Source of the DNA: Mobula hypostoma | Taxonomy: Eukaryota | Assembly: GCF_963921235.1 (NCBI RefSeq) | Contig: NC_086097.1 | Span: 60,762,001-60,826,000, forward strand | Direction: 5' to 3' | Length of the DNA stretch: 64,000 nucleotides | Part shown: positions 25,402 through 37,900 of the stretch, piece by piece | How the letters are laid out: each line of letters starts with the position of its first letter | Position numbering within the stretch: the first letter of the stretch is position 1 | Program-made: the position numbers and the translations under genes | Notes under the pieces: model-generated | What the model saw: the letters and a program-made list of their open reading frames with translations, nothing else | Told to the model about the DNA's origin: nothing | Database searches by the model: none

Positions 25402-28364
25402 TATGTTGTTGCTCTATCTGAATCTCCAGTGCTTATAAAAAGTATTCACCCCCCTTGGGAGTTCTCATGTTTTATTGCTTTACAACATTGAATTACAATG
25501 GATTTAATTTGGCATTTTTTGACACTGGTCAACAGAAAAAAGACTCTTACCTGCAGAGTGAAATCAGATCTCCACAAAGTCAGAGGCTATATGTCAGCAT
25601 GATACTTCTCTTATTAAAGATACTTTACTAGTTGATAAAATGAAGTTTGTGATGTTCATAACAGATATGGTGAATTGTACTGCTCAAACATCTAGTCGTA
25701 CTGAAAAGATTAAAATTATTGTGAAATATATGGTGAAATATTATGGTGAAAGCTGCAGAAAGGTATCTGGGTGTTATGTGGGAAGTTGTAAATGAAGCTC
25801 CAATGGGTGGCGTATCTGTATTTCAGTCTCCTTGTGAAGGTATATAATGGGCATTTGAATATTACAGTGGAATGTAAGAAGCCTGATTTCTAATGGTCAA
25901 GACTTCTAAGAAGTTTATTTCTGTTTTATCAGATCCACTTCATATTATATGTATTCAGGAAACCTGGTTGTTGCCACATTTAAGATTTTCCTTGCAGAGT
26001 TATAGACGTGATAGGTTAGTTGGTAGGGGGGTGGTGTTGCAAGTTTTATGAGGAAAGGAATAGGACATAGAGTTGTGGATGTAAATGAAGTATATGAAGC
26101 ACTTGTAGTAGAAGTATTTGATTCAACAGGTAAGGGTATTAAAGTGGTAAATTTTTATAAGCCTTGTGGAAAGCTCTCAATTGATTTGTTGGAAAGCATA
26201 TGTAGCTCTAGCTCACTAAGGATCGTACAGTGTGAAGTTTTTAACACAGAATGATGTTGTTCACAGAATGATGATAATAGTTTGATTGTGGAAGAATTTT
26301 TAGATATTTCACATCTTGTGTGTCTTAATGATGGGAGAGATATGAGATTTAATTTTCATAGTAGTTTCTGAAACTGCAATAGATTTTAGTTTTGAACATT
26401 CTGGATGGAGTGGGATGTCACAAGAGATGAAACACTGGGAAGTGATCATTTTCCTATTTTTATACACTTGGGTGTGGATTCTGATTTATATAGGTGACTG
26501 AAGGCTAGTTTTAAGAGGTGGAATTTTGGTAAAGCAGATTGGGAAGGGTTTAAGGTTTTATGCGATGAATGTCTGTCAGTGCTGAATGTTGAATATAATG
26601 TGGATTTCTGTAATGAAAGGTTATGTCACATTATTCATCAAACTGTGGTGGAAGTGATTCCTATTAAAAAGGGCATTAGTAGGAGGCAGGCATACTGAGG
26701 AGTGTGCAAAGGCCACCAGGGAGAAAAATAAGGCATTTAGGGAAATTAGGAAGTTTCACTCTCTAAGTGCCATGAAGTATAAAAGGGCGCAGGCTGTGAT
26801 GAGGAAAGTAGTGAAGATTGTGAAAAAGTTTTACTGGAGGTCATATTATGATAGTGTTGGAAGGGATATTAAATTTGGAGATGATTGGGAAATGATTGAA
26901 ACATTGGAGTGATTTATAGGGCTAATAACATTCCTGAAATAGAGAATGATGAGTTACTGGCTTAGTCATTTGCTGCAATTCATAATCAAGATAATTTAAG
27001 TGAAGAGGCTAAACAATGTAGGGATAAATTCCAAGTGAATATTCTGATGTGTTGGAAGCCCCCTGAGCAATGATAGTATTAGTGATGTAGTGTTTTCTTT
27101 GTGTGAATTTCAGAAAGTACAGGCCAGATGGCTCCAAGAAAGAATGATATATGTTATTGTATGTTTAAACATATGGCCGACAACTGTCTTAAGATAATAT
27201 TAAAATTTTGAATCATATTTAGAGTTTAGGCCACCTTCTCTCCTCATGGAAAATAGCAGTAATAGTGCCTATTCTAAAACCTAGAAGAAAACCCTATCGA
27301 ATCCTTCTGGTTATAGACCAATATCAGTAACATCCCACTTATGTAAACTTATGGAACATACGGTAATAGAGTGGTTGAATTATATTTTGGAAAAAAGAAG
27401 TGATATAGCCTTTTATCAGAGTGGATTTCAGAAGGGTAGAATGGCATTGGATTCAGTTTTTCATTTGGAAGATTATATTTGGAAAGCACAGGTAAATAAA
27501 GAAGTTATAATAGCAGTATTTTTGATATAGAAAAAACATATGTTATGTTCTGGAGGGAGGGTCTTTTGATTAAATTAAGGAAATTAAGAGTGAGAGGAAG
27601 GATATATAATTTTTTTCCAAGTTTCTTATTTGGATGGTCTATGCAGGTAAGGGAGGGAAACATATATTCGGGGTTCTATGAGATAGAGAATGGGACTCCA
27701 CAAGGCACTATTTGTAGCCCTTTATTGTTTACTATTATGATTAATTATATTTTCTTTGAGATAGGTACTTGGGTGGGTAAATCACTTTTTTGCAGGTGAT
27801 GGAGCTTTATGGATCAGAGGAAAAAATACAATTTAGCTGTATATAGAATGCAATTAGCAATTAATAGGGTTGAACAATGGGCAAATAGATAGGGCTTTAA
27901 GCTTTCAGTAGCTAAAACAGAAGTTATATGTCTTACGAAGAAGATCCATAGACATGTACTTAAATTGAAATTATATCGTCAAACTCTGGAAGAAATGTCA
28001 ATGGTAAGATTTATTGGCATGTGGCTGGATAATAAGCTGACAAGGAACCACTATATCAGTAAGCACAGGTTTTAAGGTGTAGTAAGGTAATTTCCTGTTT
28101 CAGCTTTACTGGTTGAAAGGGGACAATTAATTATCCTTACAGTTGCGGAAGGTGAAGTTGTTATTAACATACTGGGTTAACTTGGGGGTGGCAGAGGAAT
28201 GACCACTCTGTTAAAAATGTGTTGGAAGACTCTTGGGAACATCACAAGGAAAGTGTTTTTAGTATTGGGTGGCTGGGTTCTCATCACGCTAGGATATGGG
28301 TTTGTTGGATTATGTAATTTGTCCCACTCTAGCTTTTTCAGTAAACCCACTGTAGTTTTTTCCA

Positions 28365-29299
28365 GCAACACACATCAAAGTTGCTGGTGAACGCAGCAGG
28401 CCAGGCAGCATCTCTAGGAAGAGGTACAGTCGACGTTTCAGGCCGAGACCCTTCATCAGGACTAACTGAAGGAAGAGCTAGTAAGAGATTTGAAAGTGGG
28501 AGGGAGAGGGGAAGATCCAAAATGATAGGAGAAGACAGGAGGGGGAGGGATGGAGCCAAGAGCTGGACAGGTAATTGGCAAAAGGAGTATGAGAGGATCA
28601 TGGGACAGGAGGCCCAGGGAGAAGGAAAAGGGGGAGGGGGGGAAGAAGCCCAGAGGATGGGCAAGGGGTATAGTCAGAGGGACAGAGGGAGAAAAAGGAG
28701 AGTGAGAGAAAGAATGTGTGTATAAAAATAAATAACGGATGGGGTACGAGGGGGAGGGGGGCATAAACGGAAGTTAGAGGTCAATGTTCATGCCATCAGG
28801 TTGGAGGCTACCCAGACAGAATTTAAGGTGTTGTTCCTCCACCCTGAGTGTGGCTTCATCTTTACAGTAGAGGAGGCCATGGATAGACATGTCAAAATGG
28901 AAATGGGATGTGGAATTAAAATGTGTGGCCGCTGGGAGATCCTGCTTTCTCTGACAGACAGAGCGTAGGTGTTCAGCAAAACAGTCTCCCAGTCTGCGTC
29001 GGGTCTCGCCAATATATAGAAGGCCACATCGGGAGCACCGGACACAGTATATCACCCCAGCCGACTCACAGGTGAAGTGTTGCCTCACCTGGAAGGACTG
29101 TCTGGGGCCCTGAATGGTGGTAAGGGAGGAAGTGTAAGGGCATGTGTGGCACTTGTTCAGCTTACAAGGATAAGTGCCAGGAGGGAGATCAGTGGGGAGG
29201 GATGGGGGGGACGAATGGACAAGGGAGTCGCGTAAGAAGCGATTCTTGCGGAAAGTGGGGGTGGGGAAGGGAACGATGTGCTTAGTGGTGGGATCCCGA
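28365..29299 (-). mobile_element. 5'-truncated Penelope-like element (GIY-YIG endonuclease and 3' pLTR)
   Basis: ORF 28774..29355 includes FTCESAGVIYCVRCSRCGLLYIGETRRRL...EH. Perfect 12-bp TSD TAGTTTTTTCCA at 28353-28364 and 29300-29311. Confidence 0.92.
28428..28463 (-). ncRNA. Minimal type I hammerhead ribozyme motif
   Basis: Minus strand AGUC-CUGAUGA-AGGGUCUCGGCCU-GAAAC-GUC-GACU: intact core boxes, stem I AGUC/GACU, stem II hairpin and GUC cleavage triplet. Confidence 0.8.
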
Positions 29300-30195
29300 T
29301 AGTTTTTTCCAATAGCTTTAGTTGAATTTAGGTTGCATGATTTAATGAAATCCAAGGATCCTGATATGCCTGAAAGTCTTTTGGTTCATCAGTATGCTAA
29401 GAAAATTATTGTGATATGTTAACTGTTTTTACTGATGGATCAGAAGATAATTTAATAGGGTAACAGGGATTGAAAAGTCCTATTTACTCTAGATGCCCAT
29501 GCAGTCTGACAGAGTTGGAGCAGTTTTGTAAGGAAAAATGGGAAAAATATGTAGTATCCTGATGTGCAAAGTCTATTGACATAGATTCAAAGCTGTAATT
29601 GCTGTCAAAGATGCATCTACTAAATACTGACTTGAAGGGGGTCAAAAATTATGAATTAATTATTTTGTGTTTAATAGTTATAATATATTTAGACCAATTT
29701 GTAGAAATTTTTTTTCACTTTGACATGAAAGAATCTTCTCTGTTGATCAGTATCAAAAAAGCCAAGTTAAATCCATTGTGATTCAATGTTGCAAAACAAT
29801 AAAACATGTAAACTTCCAAGGAATGAGTACTTTCTATAGGCACTGTATATTTGATTTTGAAATGTATTGTAAATTGTGATAGAACCATTTGAAGATTTTT
29901 TTTACTACATCAATGAGTCACTGATCTTTGATAGAGATTTATGAGAGGATGTTTGACATCAAGATCTGATCTCTCCCAGATGACAGCGATTGCATGTGGT
30001 TTGACTGAAATAGGGTATCTGACTGATTACAGGTGATGTAACTAGCACATTGTGAATTACACTGAAGGAGAGGCCTCATTCAGAACATTTTCCTGAAAAC
30101 TGCCTCTCCCTTGCAAGACCTTGTGACCTGGTTATTGCTGGGATTTCCACCAGGAACGTGAAGGAGTGCTTGTCACTCTGCTTACTTTTCTGGTA

Positions 30196-30608
30196 CTTCC
30201 GTCCTTGGATTCACTTTACAATGCACACTGTCGGAGAAGTACTGCCAGAATAATCAAGGACTCGGCCCACCCAGCCAACACACTTTTCGTCCCTCTTCCC
30301 TCCAGGACAGGGCTCAGAAGCTGGAAGACTCGTACGGCCAGATTTGGGAACAGCTTCTTTCCAACTGTGGTAAGACTGCTGAACGGATCCTGACCTGGGC
30401 TGTACCCTCCAAATATCCGGATCTACATCTCGGTTTTTTGCCACCTTACTTTACAGTTTCTATTTTCTAGTTATGATTTATAATTTAAATTTTTAATATT
30501 TGCTATTGATTTGTACTCCAGGGAACGCAAAGTGCAGAATCAAATATCACTGTGATGATTGTACGCTCTAGTATCAAGTATTGTTTGGCGACAATAAATT
30601 ATGAAGTA
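30196..30608 (+). mobile_element. Rex1/Babar 3' fragment of the same family as 34919-40940
   Basis: LPSLDSLYNAHCRRSTARIIKDSAHPANTLFVPLPS...; 3' UTR aligns with 40520-40940. Confidence 0.85.
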
Positions 30609-30639
30609 TTGGGCACTCTGATATACCAGTACCAAATCC

Positions 30640-31870
30640 ATTAGTCATAGAGAGTCAGAGAGTCATTGAGTATTGCAGCACAGAAACAGGCCCTTCCGGC
30701 CATCTAGTCCGTGCCAAACTATTACTCTGCCTAGTCCCGTTGACTTGCTTCCAGACCACAGTGCTCAATAGCCTTCTAATCCAGGTACCTAACCAAATAC
30801 CTTTAAACTGTTGAAATTGAATCACTTCCACCACTTCTCCTAGCAGCTTGTTCACACTCTTACTATCCTCAGAATGAAGAAATTTCCCCTCATGTTCCAC
30901 TTAAACATTTCACCCTTCACACTTAACCCATAACCTCTAGTTCTAGTCTCACTCAAACTCAGGGGTAAAAGCCTGCTTGTGTTTATCCTATCTATGCCCC
31001 TCATAACTTGGTATACTTCTATCAAATCTCCTCTCATTTTCCTTCACTCATGGGAATGGAGTCCAAACCAATTCAACCTTTCCCTTTCACTCAAATCCTT
31101 CATTTCAGGCAACATCCATGTAAATTTTCTTTGCACTCTTTCATTCTCATTTACATCTTTCCTGTAAGTAGGTGATCAGAACTGGACACAATACTCCAAA
31201 TTAGGCCCCACCAGCATCTTATACAACTTCAACATTACATCCCATCTGCTGTATTCAATATTTTGATTTTTGAGGGCCAAAGTGCCAAAAACACTTTTTA
31301 CGACCCTATCTACCTCTGACTCCACTTTCAAGGAATGAAGGATTGTATTCCCAGACCCATTCTTCTACTGTACTCCTCAGCACCTTACAGCTGAGCATGT
31401 AACTCTGACCCTGGATCGTCCTCCCAATGTGCATCACTTTACATTTGTCTGCATTAAATCTCATCTGCTATTTTTCCTCCCACTTTTCCAGCTTTGATAG
31501 TCTTTTTCCTTATCCACTACACCCCAATCTTGGTGTCACCTGCAATTATGGTGAGCCAGTTTACTACTTTATCATCCAGGTCATTGATTTAGATGACAAA
31601 CATCAACTCACCCAGCTCCGATCCTTGGGGGACACCACAAGTCATAGGTCTCCAATCAGAGAGGCAACTATCTACGAATACTCTCCGGCTTCCCTCCTGA
31701 AGTCAAATGCAAAGAGAGTGAACCTTCTTAGCCAACCTCCCATGTGGGACCTTGTCAAAGGCCTTGTTAAAACAAATGTATACAACATCCACTGATGTGC
31801 CTTCATCAACTTTCCTAGTAGCCTTCCTGAAAAATTCTATAAGGTTGGTTAGACGTGACCTACCACACAC
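30640..31870 (-). mobile_element. Decayed CR1 LINE, continuing at ~32960-33070 after a DNA-transposon insertion
   Basis: ORFs 30655..30900, 30852..31037 (MRGDLIEVY), 31703..31897 and 32822..33028 (SLTAVVSKLLEGILK). Confidence 0.8.
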
Positions 31871-32959
31871 TGTTGCTAAACAGTTTCTAACTAGCATCAG
31901 TCATTTGTGCTTGCGTGGTTGTTAGACACTACACCATGCTTAGACGATCATTTTTTTAAAAAGCATCAGTTATGTGTGTTGTGTTCAAAAAGCAGTGATT
32001 TTTGTCAATGATAGTTGGCGAGAAATAAGCATTAGGAGAATTAAAAACCGTTTTGCTCACTGTAGTTTCAAGTTTTCATGCTTGGAAATGCTAGGAATGG
32101 GCATCAGACATTATGGAGTAAACAGTTTTTATATCGTGTCAGTTGCATGTGTTTGTCTTACGTTATCCATTTGGGCTGATGGACACTGATTCAAAAAGCA
32201 GTAATTTTTGATAATTTTGTGTTTTATTTAGACTTTATGCAGGAAGGGAATGAAGCTAGTCCATTGTCTGTACCAGATATCTGTGCAGATTTTGTTCATT
32301 TGCAGTCATTCAAAAGAACATGGCAGTGGTGATACTTTCCACTAATAACTATCGGGACAAACGCACAGTTTTATAATACTGTAGTAGTATTGGCAGGGTG
32401 GCGGGGTGGGAGATACGTCTCTACCAAAGAAGGGGTAAGGCAAGCTTTCTCTCCTCTAGCCTAAAGGTCACCCTTGGGCCAGGTGTAGACCCTGCTTTGC
32501 CACCTGATCAGTGTCACGTGAAGTCATGAGAGTAGGTTGTGAATGATTATATGAACAGCTACTGTATATCCTAGTTATGTGGCCACTGACACCAGGCAGA
32601 CAATCTCTGAAGAATACTGATAATGGTTGGAGTCACCCATCTTGTAAAGACACTGTCCAGAAGAAGGCAATGGCAAACCACTTCTGTAGAAAAATTTGCC
32701 AAGAACAATTATAGTCAAAACCATAACCATTCACGTCATGCAGCATGACACGTAATGATGATGTGTAGTATTGGTAGTGTTCTAATTTGTTTGCATTTTA
32801 TTTAAATGCACAATTTGTTTCTCAGTTAAATGGCAGTTTGTCTTTGTTATGCCTTTTAACTACATTTGTATTTCCATGAAGCTTCAGTAAATTAGGGCAG
32901 CCAATTAATTGTCCAAAACGTACTGGTCCAGATATGCTCCAATAAACCAGAATCCACTG
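31871..32959 (+). mobile_element. Non-autonomous Tigger/pogo-like element
   Basis: Residual transposase C-terminal motif VQKAVIFVNDSWREISIRRIKNRFAHCSF; terminal ...AACCAGAATCCACTG then TA. A homologous copy lies inverted at 59173-59985. Confidence 0.65.
32394..32764 (+). mobile_element. RTE-mobilised non-autonomous retroelement (SINE-like)
   Basis: TSD GTAGTATTGG at 32384-32393 and 32765-32774; RTE 5'-UTR-type motif GAAGAAGGCAATGGCAAACCAC; (ATG)n tail. Confidence 0.75.
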
Positions 32960-33567
32960 TACTTCTATGTATATCCAGCTCTTTAGAATACCTTCCAATA
33001 GCTTACTCACTACTGCTGTCAGGCTCACTGGCCACTAATTTCCCGACATTCTTAGAGATTTTCCTAAACTTTGAGACAGAGTGCGAGACGATGTTTGGCT
33101 GCATTTCACTGATTAAAGCATCGATGAAGATTGAGACATTGAGGCAAATGCGGAAAGTGATCAAGAGTTAAGTGCTGAGAGCCTGCATTTAGATCGCTGC
33201 TGGAGAAGGAATCTGTGAGAGACCTATTGCAGGGTAGCCTGCTGTGGCAGGCGGGAAGGCCTCTGTGCTCACGAAGTAACCCGCTCTTTCAATGATGAAG
33301 AAGGATGTTACTGTAGTTCTGCATTATGGATTGGACTGTTGCATTGGTGGACTGTGGGATTTTTTTCAGATTTATGGTTTTTATATTCTGTGTTTTTCAC
33401 CTATTCCTTTCCATATTGTTGTGCAAGGGGAGGGGGTCTTCTAACTTAGTACCTAACTCCCTGAACTCACTTTGCAGGACCTTGGCACCCTTCCTACCCA
33501 TCTCATTTATAATGACATGGACCACAATTCTGGCTTCTTAACTTCCTACTTAAGAATACTACGGACT

Positions 33568-33691
33568 TGTGCAACGTCAAGTACATGTTAAACAAATACA
33601 CGCACTGGCGTCTTTGCTCTGTGGGCCACTTGATCAACAGAACGCAGACCATCATCCTCGACTTTGAGGGATAGCCACGACGACGACGACG
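33568..33691 (+). mobile_element. Short retroposed insertion with (CGA)n tail, probably RTE-derived
   Basis: TSD ACTACGGACT (33558-33567) and ACTATGGACT (33692-33701); tail CGACGACGACGACG. Confidence 0.6.
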
Positions 33692-33834
33692 ACTATGGAC
33701 TCATTCTGAGATGTTCCTGACCCTGGCACCTGGGAGGCACCATACCATCTTTTCCCCTAAACATTGAACCCCTCCTTCACTATAGTTCATCTCTTCTCCC
33801 CCACTTTCCTTTATATATACACATATATATTAGG

Positions 33835-34470
33835 ACATGCTCTGGGTGATGGGGATCCTTAATGATGGATGCCGCCTTTTAAAGTTATCCTGGATGTTGA
33901 GGAGGCTAGTGGCCATGATGAAGCTGACTGTTTTTACAACTTTCTGCAGCTTTTTCTGTACTTGTGCAGTGGCCCTTTAATATCAGATGGTGATGTAACC
34001 AGTTAGAATGCCCTCCAAGGTGCATCTGTAGAATTTTGCAATTTACTTTGACTACAGAGCAATCTGCTTCAAACTCCTAGTGAAATATAGGTGCTGACAT
34101 TTCTTCTTTGAAATTGCATCAATGTATTGGGTTCAAGATAGATCTTCAGAGATGCTGACACCCAAGAGCTTGAAACCATTCACCCTTTCCACTGCTGATC
34201 CCTCTATGAGAACTGATGTGTGTTCCACTTTCTGAAGTCCACAATCAGTTCCTTGGCCTTCTTGATATTAAGCACAAGGTTGTTGTGACGCCACTCAATC
34301 AGCTACTCTACTTTGCACCTGTATACCTCTCCGTCATCATCTGGAATTCTGCCAACAATAGTGTCATCGTCTACCCACACGTTCGAAGGTGTAAACAGAA
34401 TAGAGCAGTGGGCTAAACATGCAGCCTTGAGGGAGGAGATTTTATTTTCGATCTGCACTGACTGTCATTT
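33835..34470 (-). mobile_element. Rex1/Babar LINE fragment
   Basis: Antisense of KAASIIKDPHHP at ~33845-33880 and of FKLLGVSISEDL at ~34140-34175. Confidence 0.65.
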
Positions 34471-34472
34471 TA

Positions 34473-34735
34473 CGAGAGGCGATTGATAAGTTCGTGGCCC
34501 GAGGTAGAAGGCATCAATTTTAGAAAACCTAGCACATTTATTTTTCCTACATTTACGGCATTTAGTCCAGCGGTCATGGAGCATACGGATCCCTGCTTTG
34601 TAGAAGTCGGCATCTTGGACCTCCAGAAAGTGGTCCACAGCAGGGGTAATTGATAAGTTTGTGGCCTAAGGTAGAAGGAGATGAGTTATACAGCTCTCGT
34701 TACATGCACATGCAGTTCAACTCTGGGTGATTATG
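34473..34735. mobile_element. Second, right-truncated copy of the three-TIR mariner-like MITE
   Basis: TA-CGAGAGGCGATTGATAAGTTCGTGGCC...; collinear with 4538-4810 including the internal TIR copy at ~34641. Confidence 0.8.
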
Positions 34736-34918
34736 TCACTCCTTTTGAAATCTCTCTCCTGCTACACAAAATCCAATGTCTCCTAGTGATATATGGCATA
34801 CAGAATATCACAGGAGTTGAAAAATTACCTATTCATCAAATAATTTGAATATCACTAAGCTGGCAAATATACCTATCTACCTCATCATTAACAGTCACAT
34901 AGGATTGAGGATAACTTA

Positions 34919-37900
34919 CTTCCAAAGATGGCACCGGTAACTGGCGACTCTGTGCGAGCCCTTCCGAGCAGACTGCCCTCTACACTATCCTATACCCGAG
35001 AAACCCTTCTAAACCTTCAATCTGTACATCTAGCAAGATCAACAACACCCTGGCGAAGCTACCGACCCAACTGGAGACCACCACGCCAGAACTGCTTCTT
35101 AAACTTCGGACCGCGCCTGGACCCCACCAGCGAGGCCTGGTCCGAGACCCACGACGTTCCCGGAGACCCGCGACCTGCTACTGTGCGGAAGCGCTTGGAG
35201 ACACGGCCCATTCCGAGAGCATCTCCGGGGCAGACGACCACACAAAAGTGACATCAGAGACCTCAAGGTGCCCCAGACGCTTCCCCGAAGCGACCACCGT
35301 AAAGCCCCACTGGTGGCCATCCACAGCTGCCGGAAGTGAGACCTCCGCCGCCGACCTTGGAAATCGAGCCTGAGGCTCGGCTGGAGCGGAGGCCTCCGCA
35401 ACCGTGACTCAATTTACGGACTTGTTTCAGCCAGGAGTCTGGCGCTCTGGGATTAAGTGTCAGATTCGGGGCCCAACCTAATCGACAGCTCGGGACCCCG
35501 GCAGCTGGAAGTGGCAGCGGAGCCTCCCCCATCACTCGGCCCGATCCAGAGTGTCCGACTACGTGACCCGTCGATCGATCCCCGCGGGACGCGTCCACCA
35601 ATCTCAAAGAGCTGACAACAACACACTGCATCGATGGAAACCTGGAAAGATGTACTATTTACCGAGGAAGTGTGGGAAAAGAGCTGGGCTGCTGGTCAGA
35701 TTGAAGCTGAGGGGCTTCAGGGTCCCTATGCCCACCATCCTACTAGCTAATGTGCAAGCCATAGAGAACAAGGTGAATGATCTTAAAGGGAGACTCACCT
35801 ACTACAGGGAGATGCAGAACTGCTGTGTATTCTGTTTCACCAAGACCTGGCTATCCCCTGCCACCCCCGACTGTGCCATCCGACCGGAGGGATTTTCGAT
35901 CCATCGGATGGACTGCATGGCATCTTCGGGCAAGACGAGGGGAGCTGGTGTCCACCTACTGATCAACACTGCATGATGCTCGGACACAGTGGCACTGACA
36001 AGCTCCTGCAGCCCAGACCTGGAACACCTGTCGGTGAAGTGTCGTCCCTACTATCTGCCATGGTCATACCAACTGCGGTCTACATTCCCCCCCGGTGGAC
36101 GTGGAGTGTGCATTGAACATACTGTATGCCAACATCAGTGAATTTGAGACCAGGTATCCGGAGGCTTTGCTCATTACAGCCGGGGAATTTAACCAGGCCA
36201 ACCTCAGAAAGGCGCTGCCAACGTTATACCAACATGGCTCCTGCCCCACTAGAGGCCTGAATATACTTGACCACTGCTACACAGCAGTCAAGGATGCCTA
36301 CCGTTCCATCCCACGACCTCACTTCAGAAAATCGGACCATCAGGCTGTACTCCCCCTCCCGGCTTACAAACAGAAACTGAAGCGGGAGATCGAGGTGTCA
36401 AAAGTAGTGTTGCGTTGGACGGAGGAAACGGATGAGGTCCTCCGTGACTGCTTTGAATTGGTGGACTGGTTAGTATTCAAGGACTCGGCTGCTAACCTTG
36501 ATGAGTATGCCTCTGCTGTCACAGGCTTTATTTGGAAATGCACGGAGGACTGTGTGTCTCGCAAGACGATCGGGGTGTTCCCTAACCGGAAGCCTTTGAA
36601 TGAATTATGAGGTCAAGTCCCTTTTGAAGGCTAGATCTGCTGCTTTTAGGTCCAGGGATACCAGTCGCTACACGGAATCCAGGCGTGAACTCCAGAAAGC
36701 CATTAAGGGCACCAAGAGGCAATATCGAGCCAAGTTGGAAGCCCATGCTAACCACAGGGATGCCAGTAGACTATGGCAGGGTCTAAATGAGATCACTGGA
36801 TGCAAAGAAAAGGCTGAGAATACCAATAACTGTGGCGCTTCTCTTCCTGACGAACATAACGTATTCTACGCAAGATTCGAACAGAAGAGGAGCGTCCCGC
36901 TCCCTCCGGATGAACCGGACCTGGTGGCATCGAGATTCTTCGTCACCGAGGAGGACGTTAGAAGGGCCTTCCTGCAGATAAATCCAAGGAAGGCGATGGG
37001 CTCAGATGACGTCCCGGAACGGGTTCTTCGGGCCTGTGCAAGCGAGCTAGCTGGAGTGTTTGCTGACATGTTCAACTGCTCCATGCTTCAGTCTAAGATC
37101 CCCTCGTGTTTTAAGAAGGCAACGATAATCCGAGTGCTGAAGAAGAGCAAGGTGGCATACCTGAATGACTATCGACCTGTGGCTCTGACATCAATTGCTA
37201 TGAAGTCCTTCAAGCAATTGATTATGGCACACATCAACCACAGCCTACCAGTCAACCTCGACGCTTTGCAATTCGCCTACCGGACCAACAGGTCAACGGC
37301 AGATGCCATCTCTCTGGCCCTACATTCCTCCTTAGAACACCTGGAGAATAAAGACGCATACGTATGGCTCCTTTTCATTGACTACAGCTCTGCCTTTAAT
37401 ACCATCATTCCAAATAAACTGATTCCTAAGCTCTGGAACCTGGGCCTTTGCACTCAGATCTGCAGCTGGATTTTCAACTTCCTCACAGACAGGAGCCAGG
37501 CTGTAAAAATATGGGACAATCTCTCCTCTACAATCAATCTGAGCACCGGTTCCCCACAAGGCTGTGTACTCAGCCCCCTGCTGTACTTACTGTACACCCA
37601 TGATTGTGTAGCCAAGTTTCCATCAAACTCAATATATAAGTTTGCTGATGACACAACAATTGTAGGCCATATCTCGGGTAATGATGAGTTTGAGTACAGA
37701 GAGGAAATTAAGAACCCGGTGGTATGGTGCGAAGACAATAACCTATCCCTCAATGTCAGCAAGATGAAGGAATTGGTTGTTGACTTCAGAAGGCGTAGTG
37801 GACCGCACGACCCAATTTACATCAGTGGGGTGCAAGTGGAACAGGTCAGAAGCTTTAAGTTCCTCAAGGTCAATATCACAAATAGACAATGGACAATAGG

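Larger units (their letters stand above)
25580..29465 (+). mobile_element. Decayed I-clade (Nimb-like) LINE, copy 1, split by a Penelope insertion
   Basis: APE start ILQWNVRSL (~25860), IQETWL, GSDHFP; RT YRPISVT and NGTPQGTICSPLLF (27545..27799); start of RNase H (FTDGS ~29430). Collinear with 48135-50620. Confidence 0.8.
25427..29845 (+). mobile_element. Tc1-like DNA transposon shell with long TIRs, containing nested retroelements
   Basis: Left TIR CAGTGCTTATAAAAAGTATTCACCCC (25427-~25580) is the inverted copy of ~29695-29845 (ending CTATAGGCACTG then TA). Transposase C-terminus LTELEQFCKEKW...FKAVIAVKDASTKY* at ~29495-29630. Confidence 0.85.

Noticed and set aside
28381..28725. G/R/E-rich 114-aa ORF
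   Set aside because: It is the antisense reading of the pyrimidine-rich Penelope pLTR.
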